From the NCBI RefSeq assembly GCF_003226535.1, contig NZ_QKOB01000006.1, positions 55,136 to 87,135 of the forward strand: a stretch of DNA of 32,000 nucleotides, given 5' to 3'. Origin of the DNA: Meiothermus sp. Pnk-1. GTDB lineage: Bacteria > Deinococcota > Deinococci > Deinococcales > Thermaceae. Position numbers and translations under genes: made by a program. Shown here piece after piece: positions 16,039 through 27,860 of the stretch. The notes under the pieces were generated by a model. The model saw only the letters and a program-made list of their open reading frames with translations, had not been told where the DNA came from and searched no databases. The stretch's first letter is position 1; each line of letters opens with the position of its first letter.

Positions 16039-16059
16039 CCTGAGAAATGTGTAAGACTC
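16036..16059. repeat. right att-like direct repeat (attR candidate)
   Basis: CATCCTGAGAAATGTGTAAGACTC. Its first three bases are the complement of the rep ATG. Confidence 0.6.
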
Positions 16060-16067
16060 TTGAAGGT

Positions 16068-17393
16068 ATGCGACGGGTGTTCATCGAGGAGATCAGCCAG
16101 CACCAAGGACAGGAAGTGCTCATCCGCGGCTGGGTTACGGGACGGCGCAGCAAGGGCAAGATCCACTTCCTCACCCTGCGTGACGGGACCGGCTTCCTCC
16201 AGGCCACGGTGTTCAAAGGAGAACTTCCCGACGAAGAGTTCGAGCAGGCCGACCACCTGCCCCAGGAGGCCGCCCTCGAGGTGGCGGGGCTGGTGCGCTC
16301 CGACCCGCGCGCTCCAGGAGGCTTCGAGCTTTCGGTCAGGAGCCTGAAGGTCATCAGCCTGCCCAGCCGGGAATACCCCATCACCCCCAAGGAGCACGGG
16401 GTGGACTTTTTGATGGATCACCGCCATCTCTACTTGCGCCACCGCCGCCCTTGGGCCGTGCTACGGATACGCGACGAGCTCGAGCGGGCCATCCACGACT
16501 TCTTCCACGCGCGGGGCTTCATTCGCCTCGACGCTCCCATCCTCACCCCCAACGCCGTCGAGGGCACCACCGACCTCTTCGAGGTGGACCTCTTCGACGG
16601 GGAAAAGGCGTATCTCTCGCAATCGGGGCAGCTCTACGCCGAGGCCGGGGCCATGGCCTTCGGCAAGGTCTACACCTTCGGCCCCACCTTCCGCGCCGAG
16701 CGGAGCAAAACCCGCCGCCACCTGCTGGAGTTCTGGATGATCGAGCCCGAGGTGGCCTTCATGACCCACGAGGAGAACATGCAGCTCCAGGAGGAGCTGG
16801 TGGCCTATCTGGTGGGGCGGGTGCTGGAGGAGAAGAAGCTCGAGCTGCAGGTGCTCGAGCGCGACACCACCGTGCTGGAGAGGAGCGCGCAGGGGGGCTA
16901 CCCCCGTATCCACTACTCCAAAGCCGTGGAGATGGTGAATAAGATCGCCCAGGAGCGACCCGAACTGGGGCTCGAGCCCCTGCCGTGGGGCGACGACTTC
17001 GGCGCCCCCCACGAGGCCGCCCTGAGCAGCCAGTTCGACCGCCCGATCTTCGTCGAGAAGTACCCCGCGGCGGTAAAGGCCTTCTACATGCAGCCCGACC
17101 CGGAGGACCCCCGGCTGGTCCTGAACGCCGACATGCTCGCCCCGGAGGGGGTGGGCGAGATCATCGGCGGCAGCCAGCGCATCCACGACCCCGAGCTGCT
17201 GCGGCAGAAGATCCGCGAGCACGGCCTGCCCGAGGAGGTCTTCGACTGGTACATGGACCTGCGGCTCTTCGGCACGGTGCCTCACTCAGGCTTCGGGATC
17301 GGCCTCGAGCGCACCGTGCGCTGGATTTGCGGCATCGAGCACATCCGCGAGGCCATCCCCTTCCCCCGGATGTACACCCGGATGCGGCCTTAG
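16068..17393 (+). CDS. asnS: asparagine--tRNA ligase
   Basis: Class II aaRS motifs are present ([35 protein letters not shown]). The start is set at [10 protein letters not shown] (16068) by resemblance to Thermus AsnRS as remembered. The track ORF begins at 16047. Confidence 0.93.
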   Translation: MRRVFIEEISQHQGQEVLIRGWVTGRRSKGKIHFLTLRDGTGFLQATVFKGELPDEEFEQADHLPQEAALEVAGLVRSDPRAPGGFELSVRSLKVISLPSREYPITPKEHGVDFLMDHRHLYLRHRRPWAVLRIRDELERAIHDFFHARGFIRLDAPILTPNAVEGTTDLFEVDLFDGEKAYLSQSGQLYAEAGAMAFGKVYTFGPTFRAERSKTRRHLLEFWMIEPEVAFMTHEENMQLQEELVAYLVGRVLEEKKLELQVLERDTTVLERSAQGGYPRIHYSKAVEMVNKIAQERPELGLEPLPWGDDFGAPHEAALSSQFDRPIFVEKYPAAVKAFYMQPDPEDPRLVLNADMLAPEGVGEIIGGSQRIHDPELLRQKIREHGLPEEVFDWYMDLRLFGTVPHSGFGIGLERTVRWICGIEHIREAIPFPRMYTRMRP

Positions 17394-17413
17394 CGCTTTG
17401 CCTCGACCGGGGG

Positions 17414-17992
17414 TTATCCCCTGGCCATCTCCACAAAAAGCCGGTGTAGCCGGCTATCTTCGGTGAGTTCAGGGTGGAAGCTCGAGGCCATCAGTCTACC
17501 GCTGCGCACCAGCACTACCCGGTTTCCCTCCCGCGCCAGCACCTCGACCCCTGGGCCCACCCGCTCGATCACCGGGGCCCGAATGAAAACCGCGTGGAAA
17601 GGGGTCGTGAAACCTTGGATCTCGAGGGGCTCCTCAAAGGAGTCCACCTGCCGCCCGAAGGCGTTGCGCCGGATGGCGATGTCGAGCAGACCGGCCCGGG
17701 GCTGCTCGGGATAGCCGAGGATCTCCTTAGCCAGCCAGATGGCCCCGGCGCAGGTTCCCCAGACTGCCAGGCTCCCCTGCTCGACCCGCTCCCGCACCGC
17801 CTGCTCCAGGCCGTACTCGCGGGCCAACTTGCCGATGGTGGTGGACTCGCCCCCCGGTACGATGAGGCCGGAAAGGCCCTCGAGCTGCTCTTGCTTGCGC
17901 ACCTCGAGGGCCTCCACCCCTAGGCTTTGCAACATCTGTTTATGCTCACGAAAATCGCCCTGAAGGGCAAGAACCCCGATCTTCACGCTCAA
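17414..17992 (-). CDS. pdxT: pyridoxal 5'-phosphate synthase glutaminase subunit
   Basis: KIGVLALQGDF, catalytic GTCAG and the HPE triad element. The start is TTG 17992 or GTG 17986. Confidence 0.9.
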   Translation of the reverse strand: MSVKIGVLALQGDFREHKQMLQSLGVEALEVRKQEQLEGLSGLIVPGGESTTIGKLAREYGLEQAVRERVEQGSLAVWGTCAGAIWLAKEILGYPEQPRAGLLDIAIRRNAFGRQVDSFEEPLEIQGFTTPFHAVFIRAPVIERVGPGVEVLAREGNRVVLVRSGRLMASSFHPELTEDSRLHRLFVEMARG

Positions 17993-18127
17993 TATCGTCT
18001 AGCGTCCGGGGTCTGGCGTCAAGGGTCAGATTGACAAAAGCCCCTAGCAACCTTGCTACATGATCGGGTCGGGACCCAGGCGGCGGATACACCGCACAAA
18101 GCTTAGGTCTCCCTGACCCTGGTTGCG

Positions 18128-19039
18128 CTACCACCCGCGCTTGGCTAGCTTTTCTTCTTCAGCCAGGTAGTCGAGGTTGATGCCCACCATGGCTTCGCCC
18201 AACCCCTTTGACACCTCGGCCAGCACCGCGGGATCGTTGTAGTGGGTAACCGCCTTGACGATGGCTTGGGCGCGGCGGAACCAGGCCTTGGGGCGCTCGG
18301 CCTCGGAGAGGTTGGCCGCCGACTTGAAGATGCCCGAGCCTACGAACACCCCGTCCATCCCGAGCTGCATCATCAACGCCGCGTCGGCAGGGGTCGCCAC
18401 CCCTCCGGCGGCGAAGTTCACCACCGGCAGGCGGCCGTTCTCGTGCACCCACAGCACGAGGTCGTAAGGGGCCCCGTTCTCCTTGGCAAAGGTCATGAGC
18501 TCTTCTTTGGGCATGGCCTGGATCCGGCGAATATCGCCCAAAACACTCCTGGCGTGACGCACCGCCTCCACCACGTTGCCGGTTCCGGCCTCGCCCTTGG
18601 TGCGGATCATGGCCGCTCCCTCACCGATGCGGCGCAGGGCTTCACCGATGTTGGTGGCTCCGCAGACAAAGGGCACCTTGAACTCCCACTTGTTGATGTG
18701 GTAGGCCTCGTCGGCAGGGGTCAACACCTCGGACTCGTCGATGAAGTCCACCCCGATGGCCTCGAGGATCTGCGCTTCTACAAAGTGCCCGATGCGCACT
18801 TTGGCCATCACGGGGATCGAGACCGCCTCCTTGATCTTTTCGATCATCTCCGGGTCGGACATCCGGGCTACCCCGCCTTGGGCCCGGATGTCGGCGGGGA
18901 TACGCTCGAGGGCCATCACCGCAGTGGCCCCGGCGTCCTCGGCGATGCGGGCCTGCTCGGGGTTCATCACGTCCATGATCACCCCGCCTTTGAACATCTC
19001 GGCGAAGCCGGTCTTTACACGTAGGGTACCTTTCTCCAT
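18128..19039 (-). CDS. pdxS: pyridoxal 5'-phosphate synthase lyase subunit
   Basis: The start is moved to [24 protein letters not shown] (ATG 19039, GGGAGGA RBS). The sequence is PdxS/SNZ-like throughout. The upstream 112 codons of the track ORF are discounted. Confidence 0.93.
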   Translation of the reverse strand: MEKGTLRVKTGFAEMFKGGVIMDVMNPEQARIAEDAGATAVMALERIPADIRAQGGVARMSDPEMIEKIKEAVSIPVMAKVRIGHFVEAQILEAIGVDFIDESEVLTPADEAYHINKWEFKVPFVCGATNIGEALRRIGEGAAMIRTKGEAGTGNVVEAVRHARSVLGDIRRIQAMPKEELMTFAKENGAPYDLVLWVHENGRLPVVNFAAGGVATPADAALMMQLGMDGVFVGSGIFKSAANLSEAERPKAWFRRAQAIVKAVTHYNDPAVLAEVSKGLGEAMVGINLDYLAEEEKLAKRGW

Positions 19040-19149
19040 CACTTCCTCCCGGTATTGCCCAAGGCAACCGCGTTCTAATCTACCACCCAGCGGAACGAAA
19101 AGCACGGCTCGAGGCGACAATGCCAGCCGCCTCACGTAGAGCGCTGAAA

Positions 19150-20394
19150 TCAGGGGAGATACGCCAAGGGGTTCCGGGTTGCCCCGCCCACCCGCACCTC
19201 GAAGTGGCAGTGTGGGCCGGTGGACCAGCCGGTGGAGCCCACATAGCCGATGAGCTGGCCACGTTCGACGAACTGGCCCGGCTGCACCGCGATGCGGGAC
19301 ATGTGGCCGTAGAGGGTCTCCACCCCCGAGCCATGATCGATGATCACGTGAAGCCCGTAACCCCAGCTGCTCCACCCGGCGGTCTCTACCTGGCCCGCCT
19401 TAGCGGCGTAGATGGGGGTGCCCATGGGAGCGGCCAAGTCTATTCCGGTATGGAAGCGCTGAAAAGCCCCGCGCTGGCCGTAATAGGTGGTGATGACGAA
19501 GTTACCCAGCGGCCACTGGAAACCGCTGGTGGCGGCCTCATAGTCAACCCGGCGCACCGTGGGAGATTGCCCGGCCTGGGAACGGTGCGCCACTGCAGCC
19601 TGTTGCTGCCGCTGTAGGCGAGCCTGGGCCAGCTGCCGCTGTCGCTGCTGTTCGGCCAAACGACGGGCTTCTTCTTGCCTGCGGCGTTCCTCGGCCAGGC
19701 GGCGCTGTTCCTCCTCGCGCTGCCGACGCTCCTCCTCCCGCACAGCCAGCAGCCGATCGTAGGTGGTGCGGGCCTGGATGCCCGGCAGGAGAACTAAATC
19801 CCCCGCGCGAAGCTCGAGCGGATTCTTGACTCCATTGGCTTTGGCGATGCTCAGCAGCGGAACCCCAAAACGCTCGGCCAGGTCGGCTAACGTCTGCCCC
19901 TTGCCCATCTCTATCAGCAAACCCTTGGTCTGGGTGGGAATGTAAATGACACTGCCCTCCGCCAGACGGTCCAGGCTAGAGAGGCTAGGGTTGGCCGATA
20001 CCAGGTCCAGCTCGGTCACCCCGAAGCGCCGGGCCAAAGTTTGCAGAGTATCTCCGCTCTGTACCACGTACTCACGCACCCCCGGCGGAATGCGCGCCTC
20101 GTGCTCGACCTGAGCGGTGATCGGTATGCGCAGCAGCTGCCCTGGTTTTAGATCGGGGCTGCTGATCCCAGTGGACCAAAGGATGGCTCGAGGATCTACT
20201 GCATACCGGCTGGCGATGGCGCTCAGGGTATCTCCGGATTTAACCGTATAAAGCACCCAACCTTTTTTGGCGGGTGCATCCAAGACGACCTCGTTCGAGG
20301 GGGCTAGCTCTTTCGGGATGTCCAGCGTGGCCAGAGGCAGGTTGAGCAACGCTCCAGCAAACGCGAGTCTCCACCATTCATTAGGCAAGGTCAA
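19150..20394 (-). CDS. LysM-repeat / coiled-coil / M23 metallopeptidase
   Basis: At least three LysM-like modules ([45 protein letters not shown]), an Arg/Glu/Gln-rich linker, and M23 motifs HTGIDLAAP and GPHCHFEV. The exact start is uncertain (TTG 20394 or 20388). Confidence 0.85.
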   Translation of the reverse strand: MTLPNEWWRLAFAGALLNLPLATLDIPKELAPSNEVVLDAPAKKGWVLYTVKSGDTLSAIASRYAVDPRAILWSTGISSPDLKPGQLLRIPITAQVEHEARIPPGVREYVVQSGDTLQTLARRFGVTELDLVSANPSLSSLDRLAEGSVIYIPTQTKGLLIEMGKGQTLADLAERFGVPLLSIAKANGVKNPLELRAGDLVLLPGIQARTTYDRLLAVREEERRQREEEQRRLAEERRRQEEARRLAEQQRQRQLAQARLQRQQQAAVAHRSQAGQSPTVRRVDYEAATSGFQWPLGNFVITTYYGQRGAFQRFHTGIDLAAPMGTPIYAAKAGQVETAGWSSWGYGLHVIIDHGSGVETLYGHMSRIAVQPGQFVERGQLIGYVGSTGWSTGPHCHFEVRVGGATRNPLAYLP

Positions 20395-20451
20395 GTCCTC
20401 CAGGGATGGCGTTGGCTAGGCTACCCTTTGGGCTACCCTGCGAGAGTATAA

Positions 20452-21744
20452 CTACTTTCCGGCTAAAGTTGCAAGGAACTCTTTGTTGCTCTTGGTGCGC
20501 GAGAGCCGAGAGAGCAACATCTCCATCGCCTCGGCGGGGTCCATGTCGGCCAGCACCTTGCGCAAGAGCCACACCTTCTGCAGCACCTCCTCCCCCAGGA
20601 GGAGTTCCTCGCGGCGGGTGGAGGACTTGGAAATGTCAATGGCCGGGAAGATGCGGCGCTCCTCCAGGCGGCGGTTGAGCTGTAGCTCCATGTTGCCCGT
20701 GCCTTTGAACTCTTCGAAGATCACGTCGTCCATGCGGCTGCCGGTCTCGACCAGAGCCGTGGCCAGGATCGTCAGCGAGCCTCCCCCGCGGATGTTGCGG
20801 GCCGCCCCCAAGAAGCGCTTGGGGAAGTGCAGGGCCGCCGAGTCCAAGCCCCCCGAGAGGGTGCGGCCCGTCGGCGGCGTGACCAAGTTGTTGGCCCGCG
20901 CCAAGCGGGTGATGGAGTCGAGCAGGATCACCACGTGCCCCCCCTCCTCGACGATGCGGCGGGAGCGCTCGTGCACGAACTCGGCCACCCGGATGTGGTT
21001 TTGCGGCGGTTCGTCGAAGGTGCTGGCGATGACCTCGGCTCCATCGACCGACTCACGGAAATCGGTGACTTCCTCGGGGCGCTCGTCGATGAGGAGCACG
21101 ATCACCTTGACGTCGGGTTCGTTCTTGAGGATAGCCTTGGCGATCTTCTTGAGCAGGGTGGTCTTACCGGCCTTGGGTGGGGCCACGATCAACCCGCGCT
21201 GCCCCCGCCCGATGGGCGAGAGCAGGTCGATGACCCGGGTAGACATCTCGTCTGGGGTGGTCTCGAGCCTAAGCTGCCGGTCGGGGAATTGAGGGATCAG
21301 CTCATCGAACTTGGGCCTGCGGGCGGCGGCTTCGGGATCTAGGTTGTTGACCGCCTCCACCTTCATCAAGGTGCCGTAGCGCTCATTGTCCCGCGGGGGG
21401 CGGGCTTTGCCCACCACATAGTCGCCGGTGCGGAGCTGGTGCTGCTTGATCAGGCCTGCGCTGACGATGACCGAGCGGGTCTCGAGGTTGTAGAGGTTTT
21501 CCTGCAAAAAGCCATACCCATCCGGGCTGATCTCGAGATAACCCTTGGCGAGCTTTAGACCCTCCCCGGCCGCTTCCTGCTGCAACAGGGCCATCACCAG
21601 GTCATCCTTGCCCATTTTCTTGTAGTCTTCGATGCCCTGCCGGGCGGCGATGAGGTGCAACTCGGGCAGAATCTTGGCGGATAGCTCCTGGTAAGAGAGA
21701 GGGGTGGATTCAGCGGCGGCTTTCTTGCTGCGTGCGGTTCTCAT
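20452..21744 (-). CDS. rho: transcription termination factor Rho
   Basis: Rho N-terminal domain (LSAKILPELHLIAARQGI), an RNA-binding domain, P-loop APPKAGKTTLL and the C-terminal ATPase. Confidence 0.95.
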   Translation of the reverse strand: MRTARSKKAAAESTPLSYQELSAKILPELHLIAARQGIEDYKKMGKDDLVMALLQQEAAGEGLKLAKGYLEISPDGYGFLQENLYNLETRSVIVSAGLIKQHQLRTGDYVVGKARPPRDNERYGTLMKVEAVNNLDPEAAARRPKFDELIPQFPDRQLRLETTPDEMSTRVIDLLSPIGRGQRGLIVAPPKAGKTTLLKKIAKAILKNEPDVKVIVLLIDERPEEVTDFRESVDGAEVIASTFDEPPQNHIRVAEFVHERSRRIVEEGGHVVILLDSITRLARANNLVTPPTGRTLSGGLDSAALHFPKRFLGAARNIRGGGSLTILATALVETGSRMDDVIFEEFKGTGNMELQLNRRLEERRIFPAIDISKSSTRREELLLGEEVLQKVWLLRKVLADMDPAEAMEMLLSRLSRTKSNKEFLATLAGK

Positions 21745-21746
21745 GG

Positions 21747-22400
21747 TTACTTCGCCTTCTCCTTGGATTTTTCCCAGTCGGCTAGGAATTGTTGTAGGCC
21801 TTTATCGGTAAGCGGATGTTGGATTAGCTGTTGGAACACCTTGGCGGGCATGGTGGCGATGTCGGCCCCGGCCTTGGCGGCTTGCAGCACGTGGACCGGA
21901 TGGCGAATCGAGGCCGCCAGTACCCGGGTGCCGATGCCGTGGATATCGAAGATCTGGGCGATCTCGGCCACCAGGTCCATGCCATCCCAAGAGATGTCGT
22001 CCAGGCGTCCGGCGAAGGGCGAGACGCACCAGGCCCCGGCGCGAGCCGCCAGAAGAGCCTGGTTGGCGGAAAAGATCAGGGTCATGTTGACCCGGATACC
22101 TTCGGCCGAGAGGGCCTTGCAGGCTTTGAGCCCCTCCACGATGGTGGGCAGCTTGACCACCACGTTGGGGTCGATCGCGGCCAGCTTACGCCCCTCGGCG
22201 ATCATGGCCGCGGCCTCGGTGGCCGTCACTTCGGCGGAAACCGGCCCTTGGACGATCTCGCTGATCTCTCGGATCACTTCCTCGAGGTCACGTCCCGACT
22301 TGGCGACCAGGCTGGGGTTGGTAGTGACCCCGGCCAGCACGCCCCAAGAGGCAATTTCGCGGATCTCGCTAACTTCGGCCGTATCCAGGTATAAGTCCAT
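21747..22400 (-). CDS. fsa: fructose-6-phosphate aldolase / short (type 3B) transaldolase
   Basis: 217 aa. [15 protein letters not shown]...GVTTNPSL and VKLP (Schiff-base Lys region). Confidence 0.85.
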   Translation of the reverse strand: MDLYLDTAEVSEIREIASWGVLAGVTTNPSLVAKSGRDLEEVIREISEIVQGPVSAEVTATEAAAMIAEGRKLAAIDPNVVVKLPTIVEGLKACKALSAEGIRVNMTLIFSANQALLAARAGAWCVSPFAGRLDDISWDGMDLVAEIAQIFDIHGIGTRVLAASIRHPVHVLQAAKAGADIATMPAKVFQQLIQHPLTDKGLQQFLADWEKSKEKAK

Positions 22401-22542
22401 ACCTCAAGCTCCTCTGACCGGTTTGTACGGGGGTGACAGCGTGGGCTGCCTAAAACACGGCACGGCTAGCTGTTAAGCAGCCTGGGCTGTTGGCTTCAGG
22501 TGCAGTCTACTCTAGCGCCACTCGACATGCAAGCATCTTGCG

Positions 22543-22571
22543 TTGACTCGCCCTGAGGGACTTGCTAGAGT
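22543..22571 (+). promoter_or_regulatory. sigma-70-type promoter candidate for the ileS leader
   Basis: TTGACT (22543-48), a 17-nt spacer, then TAGAGT (22566-71). Confidence 0.5.
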
Positions 22572-22577
22572 GTATCT

Positions 22578-22856
22578 GTCAGCCTAGCCGCCAAATGTGA
22601 AGATTAGCACAGGCTAGGCTCGATGTAAAGGCGAGCGCGACAAGCGCCATAGGAAGGGGCCATCACCCTGGAGCCGCGGGAAGAAAGGGATCGAACCCCG
22701 AGTAGAACCCGACGGGTGCGCCCGTAACAGCGCTTAAGAGTGCTCGGCACGTCCGAAAGCTCCGATGCCGAGAAGTGCGGTGGTAACGCGGGAGCCCCCT
22801 CTCGTCCGCACCTGAGAAGCCCTACCGTGGGGTGAAGGTACGGACGTTTTGTTTTT
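22578..22856 (+). ncRNA. T-box leader (tRNA-Ile-sensing riboswitch candidate) upstream of ileS
   Basis: A T-box-like sequence GGTGGTAACGCGG at about 22779-22791 lies immediately 5' of an intrinsic terminator. The leader is about 280 nt. A candidate specifier is AUC followed by A (GCCATCACC at about 22650-22658). Confidence 0.65.
22803..22856 (+). terminator. intrinsic terminator of the T-box leader
   Basis: CGTCCGCACC (22803-12) pairs with GGTACGGACG (22837-46), 9 of 10 bp, followed by TTTTGTTTTT. Confidence 0.8.
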
Positions 22857-22891
22857 CCCCGGCTTTAGGGTTTCCAGAAGGAGACCGGAAC

Positions 22892-26170
<3,279 letters not shown>

Positions 26171-26181
26171 GGGGCTGGGCC

Positions 26182-26208
26182 GTGGGGGCGTTGGCCAGGC
26201 GCCCCCAC
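26182..26208 (+). terminator. GC-rich hairpin after ileS (terminator candidate with a weak U-tract)
   Basis: GTGGGGGCG (26182-90) pairs with CGCCCCCAC (26200-08) around a 9-nt loop. Only TTT follows, at 26214-16. Confidence 0.45.
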
Positions 26209-26217
26209 CAGGGTTTA

Positions 26218-26233
26218 AGTGATATATTTCACG
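26218..26233. promoter_or_regulatory. CRP/FNR-family-like binding site candidate
   Basis: aGTGA-tatatt-TCACg matches the TGTGA-N6-TCACA core. It lies in an AT-rich patch upstream of the M24 peptidase gene. It overlaps a second inverted repeat, TTCACGA-N9-TCGTGAA (26228-26250). Confidence 0.3.
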
Positions 26234-26299
26234 ATAAACTTGCTCGTGAAAATAGTCTGCTTTAGAAAAGCCAGGTAAACCCGTGTTAGACTTCCTCCC

Positions 26300-27343
26300 A
26301 TGACAGATTTCGAAAAGTTGCTGAGCGCTCATGGGTTGGATACCCTGCTCATTTCCAGCCCGGCCAATGTACGGTATCTGTCGGGCTTCACCAACCCCAA
26401 AGACGGGCAGGTGATCGTAAACAACACCGGCGCCCTCCTGCTCACCGACGGGCGTTACACGGTACAGGCCGGGCAGGAGTCGCGGCTGCCGGTGCGGATC
26501 GCAGGACGCGAGGAGCGCCCTCAGGTGTACGCCGAGCTGCTCCAGGGGCGCATCGGCTTTGAAGCGATGGGGCTTAGTTACGGCCAGCTCGAGGCCTTGC
26601 GCCAGCAAGCCCCCGGAGAGTGGGTACCTACCTATGACCTCATCGAGCGGCAGCGGGTGCACAAAACCCCGGAGGAGATCGGACACATCCGGCAGGCCGC
26701 GGCCCTGGCCGACCGGGCTTTTGCCCACATCCTGCCCTTCTTGAAGCCCGGGGTACGCGAAATTGACATAGCCCTCGAGCTGGAGTTCTTCCTGCGGAAA
26801 AACGGCGCGGAAGGGGTGGCCTTCGATACCGCCGTAGTCTCGGGCCCGCGCACCGCCATGCCCCACGGCTCTCCCAGCGAGCGCGTGTTGCAAGCGGGAG
26901 ACCTGGTGACGCTGGACTTCGGAGCGGTGATCGAGGGGTACTGCTCGGATATGACCCGCACCGTGGGAATTGGAGCGGTCTCCGAGGAGCTAAAGAGGAT
27001 CTACGCTGCCGTGCTCGAGGCGCAAGAACGGGCGCTCGAGGCGGTCGCACCCGGCAAGACCGGCCAGGAACTCGACGCCCTGGCCCGGGGCATCCTCGAG
27101 GACAGAGGTTACGGCCAGTACTTCAGCCACGGGCTCGGCCACGGGGTCGGACTGCTGATCCACGAGGCCCCCAGCCTGAACAAGGTCTCCCAGGAGGTGC
27201 TCGAGGCGGGGATGGTCATCACCATCGAACCCGGGGTCTACATCCCGGACCTGGGCGGGGTGCGCATCGAGGACTTGGTCTTGGTGACCGAGAGGGGCTA
27301 CGAGGTGCTCTCCCAAACGCCCAAGGCCTGGCTAGAGTTATGA
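26300..27343 (+). CDS. M24-family Xaa-Pro peptidase
   Basis: Creatinase-like N-terminal domain plus the M24 metal-ligand pattern (DFGA...[21 protein letters not shown]). Confidence 0.88.
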   Translation: MTDFEKLLSAHGLDTLLISSPANVRYLSGFTNPKDGQVIVNNTGALLLTDGRYTVQAGQESRLPVRIAGREERPQVYAELLQGRIGFEAMGLSYGQLEALRQQAPGEWVPTYDLIERQRVHKTPEEIGHIRQAAALADRAFAHILPFLKPGVREIDIALELEFFLRKNGAEGVAFDTAVVSGPRTAMPHGSPSERVLQAGDLVTLDFGAVIEGYCSDMTRTVGIGAVSEELKRIYAAVLEAQERALEAVAPGKTGQELDALARGILEDRGYGQYFSHGLGHGVGLLIHEAPSLNKVSQEVLEAGMVITIEPGVYIPDLGGVRIEDLVLVTERGYEVLSQTPKAWLEL

Positions 27344-27849
27344 GGGCAGGATACCGGGGTTGGGTCCTGGCCTTGCTCCTGGGGTCGCTGGCCCTCGCCC
27401 AGACCCACACCGTCCAAAAAGGCGACACCCTCTACAGCATCGCCCGCAGGTACGGGACCAGCGTGCAGGCCCTTCAACAGGCCAATAACCTATCCGGCGA
27501 GGTGATCAAGGTCGGGCAGGTGCTCGCCGTCGCGGGGTCATCGGCCAGGGAAGCTACGGCAAGCGCGACATTTACGGGGCTAGCGGCCTGGTATGGTTCC
27601 AAGTTCCACGGCAGAACCACCGCCAGCGGTGAGCCCTACGACATGTACGCCCTCACCGCCGCCCATCGCAGCCTGCCGTTCGGCACCCAAGTGCGGGTGA
27701 CCAACCCCCGTACCGGGCGAAGCGTGGTGGTGCGGATCAACGACCGGGGGCCCTTTACCCCAGGGTTCATCATTGACCTTTCCTACGCGGCCGCGCAGCG
27801 CATCGGCCTGCGCGGCCGCCAGCGGGTGAGCGTGGAAGTGCTGCGCTAG
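27340..27849 (+). CDS. LysM plus RlpA-like double-psi beta-barrel lipoprotein/lytic transglycosylase family protein
   Basis: Signal peptide, a LysM module ([17 protein letters not shown]) and an RlpA DPBB core ([20 protein letters not shown]...VRVTN...[11 protein letters not shown]). ATGA overlap with the upstream gene. Confidence 0.85.
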   Translation: MRAGYRGWVLALLLGSLALAQTHTVQKGDTLYSIARRYGTSVQALQQANNLSGEVIKVGQVLAVAGSSAREATASATFTGLAAWYGSKFHGRTTASGEPYDMYALTAAHRSLPFGTQVRVTNPRTGRSVVVRINDRGPFTPGFIIDLSYAAAQRIGLRGRQRVSVEVLR

Positions 27850-27860
27850 CAGGTAGGCCC

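Larger units (their letters stand above)
9561..16059 (-). mobile_element. integrated island of about 6.5 kb: IS110-family recombinase module plus inovirus-like filamentous prophage
   Basis: Imperfect direct repeats lie at both ends. All genes are on the minus strand in Ff-like order. G+C is lower than in the flanks. The island sits between the kdpD stop and the asnS start. Confidence 0.8.

Noticed and set aside
22687-22699. tRNA-like T-arm sequence GGGATCGAACCCC suggesting a tRNA gene or fragment.
   Set aside because: There is no acceptor, D or anticodon arm around it. It lies inside the T-box leader, where T-loop-like motifs are expected in distal Stem I.
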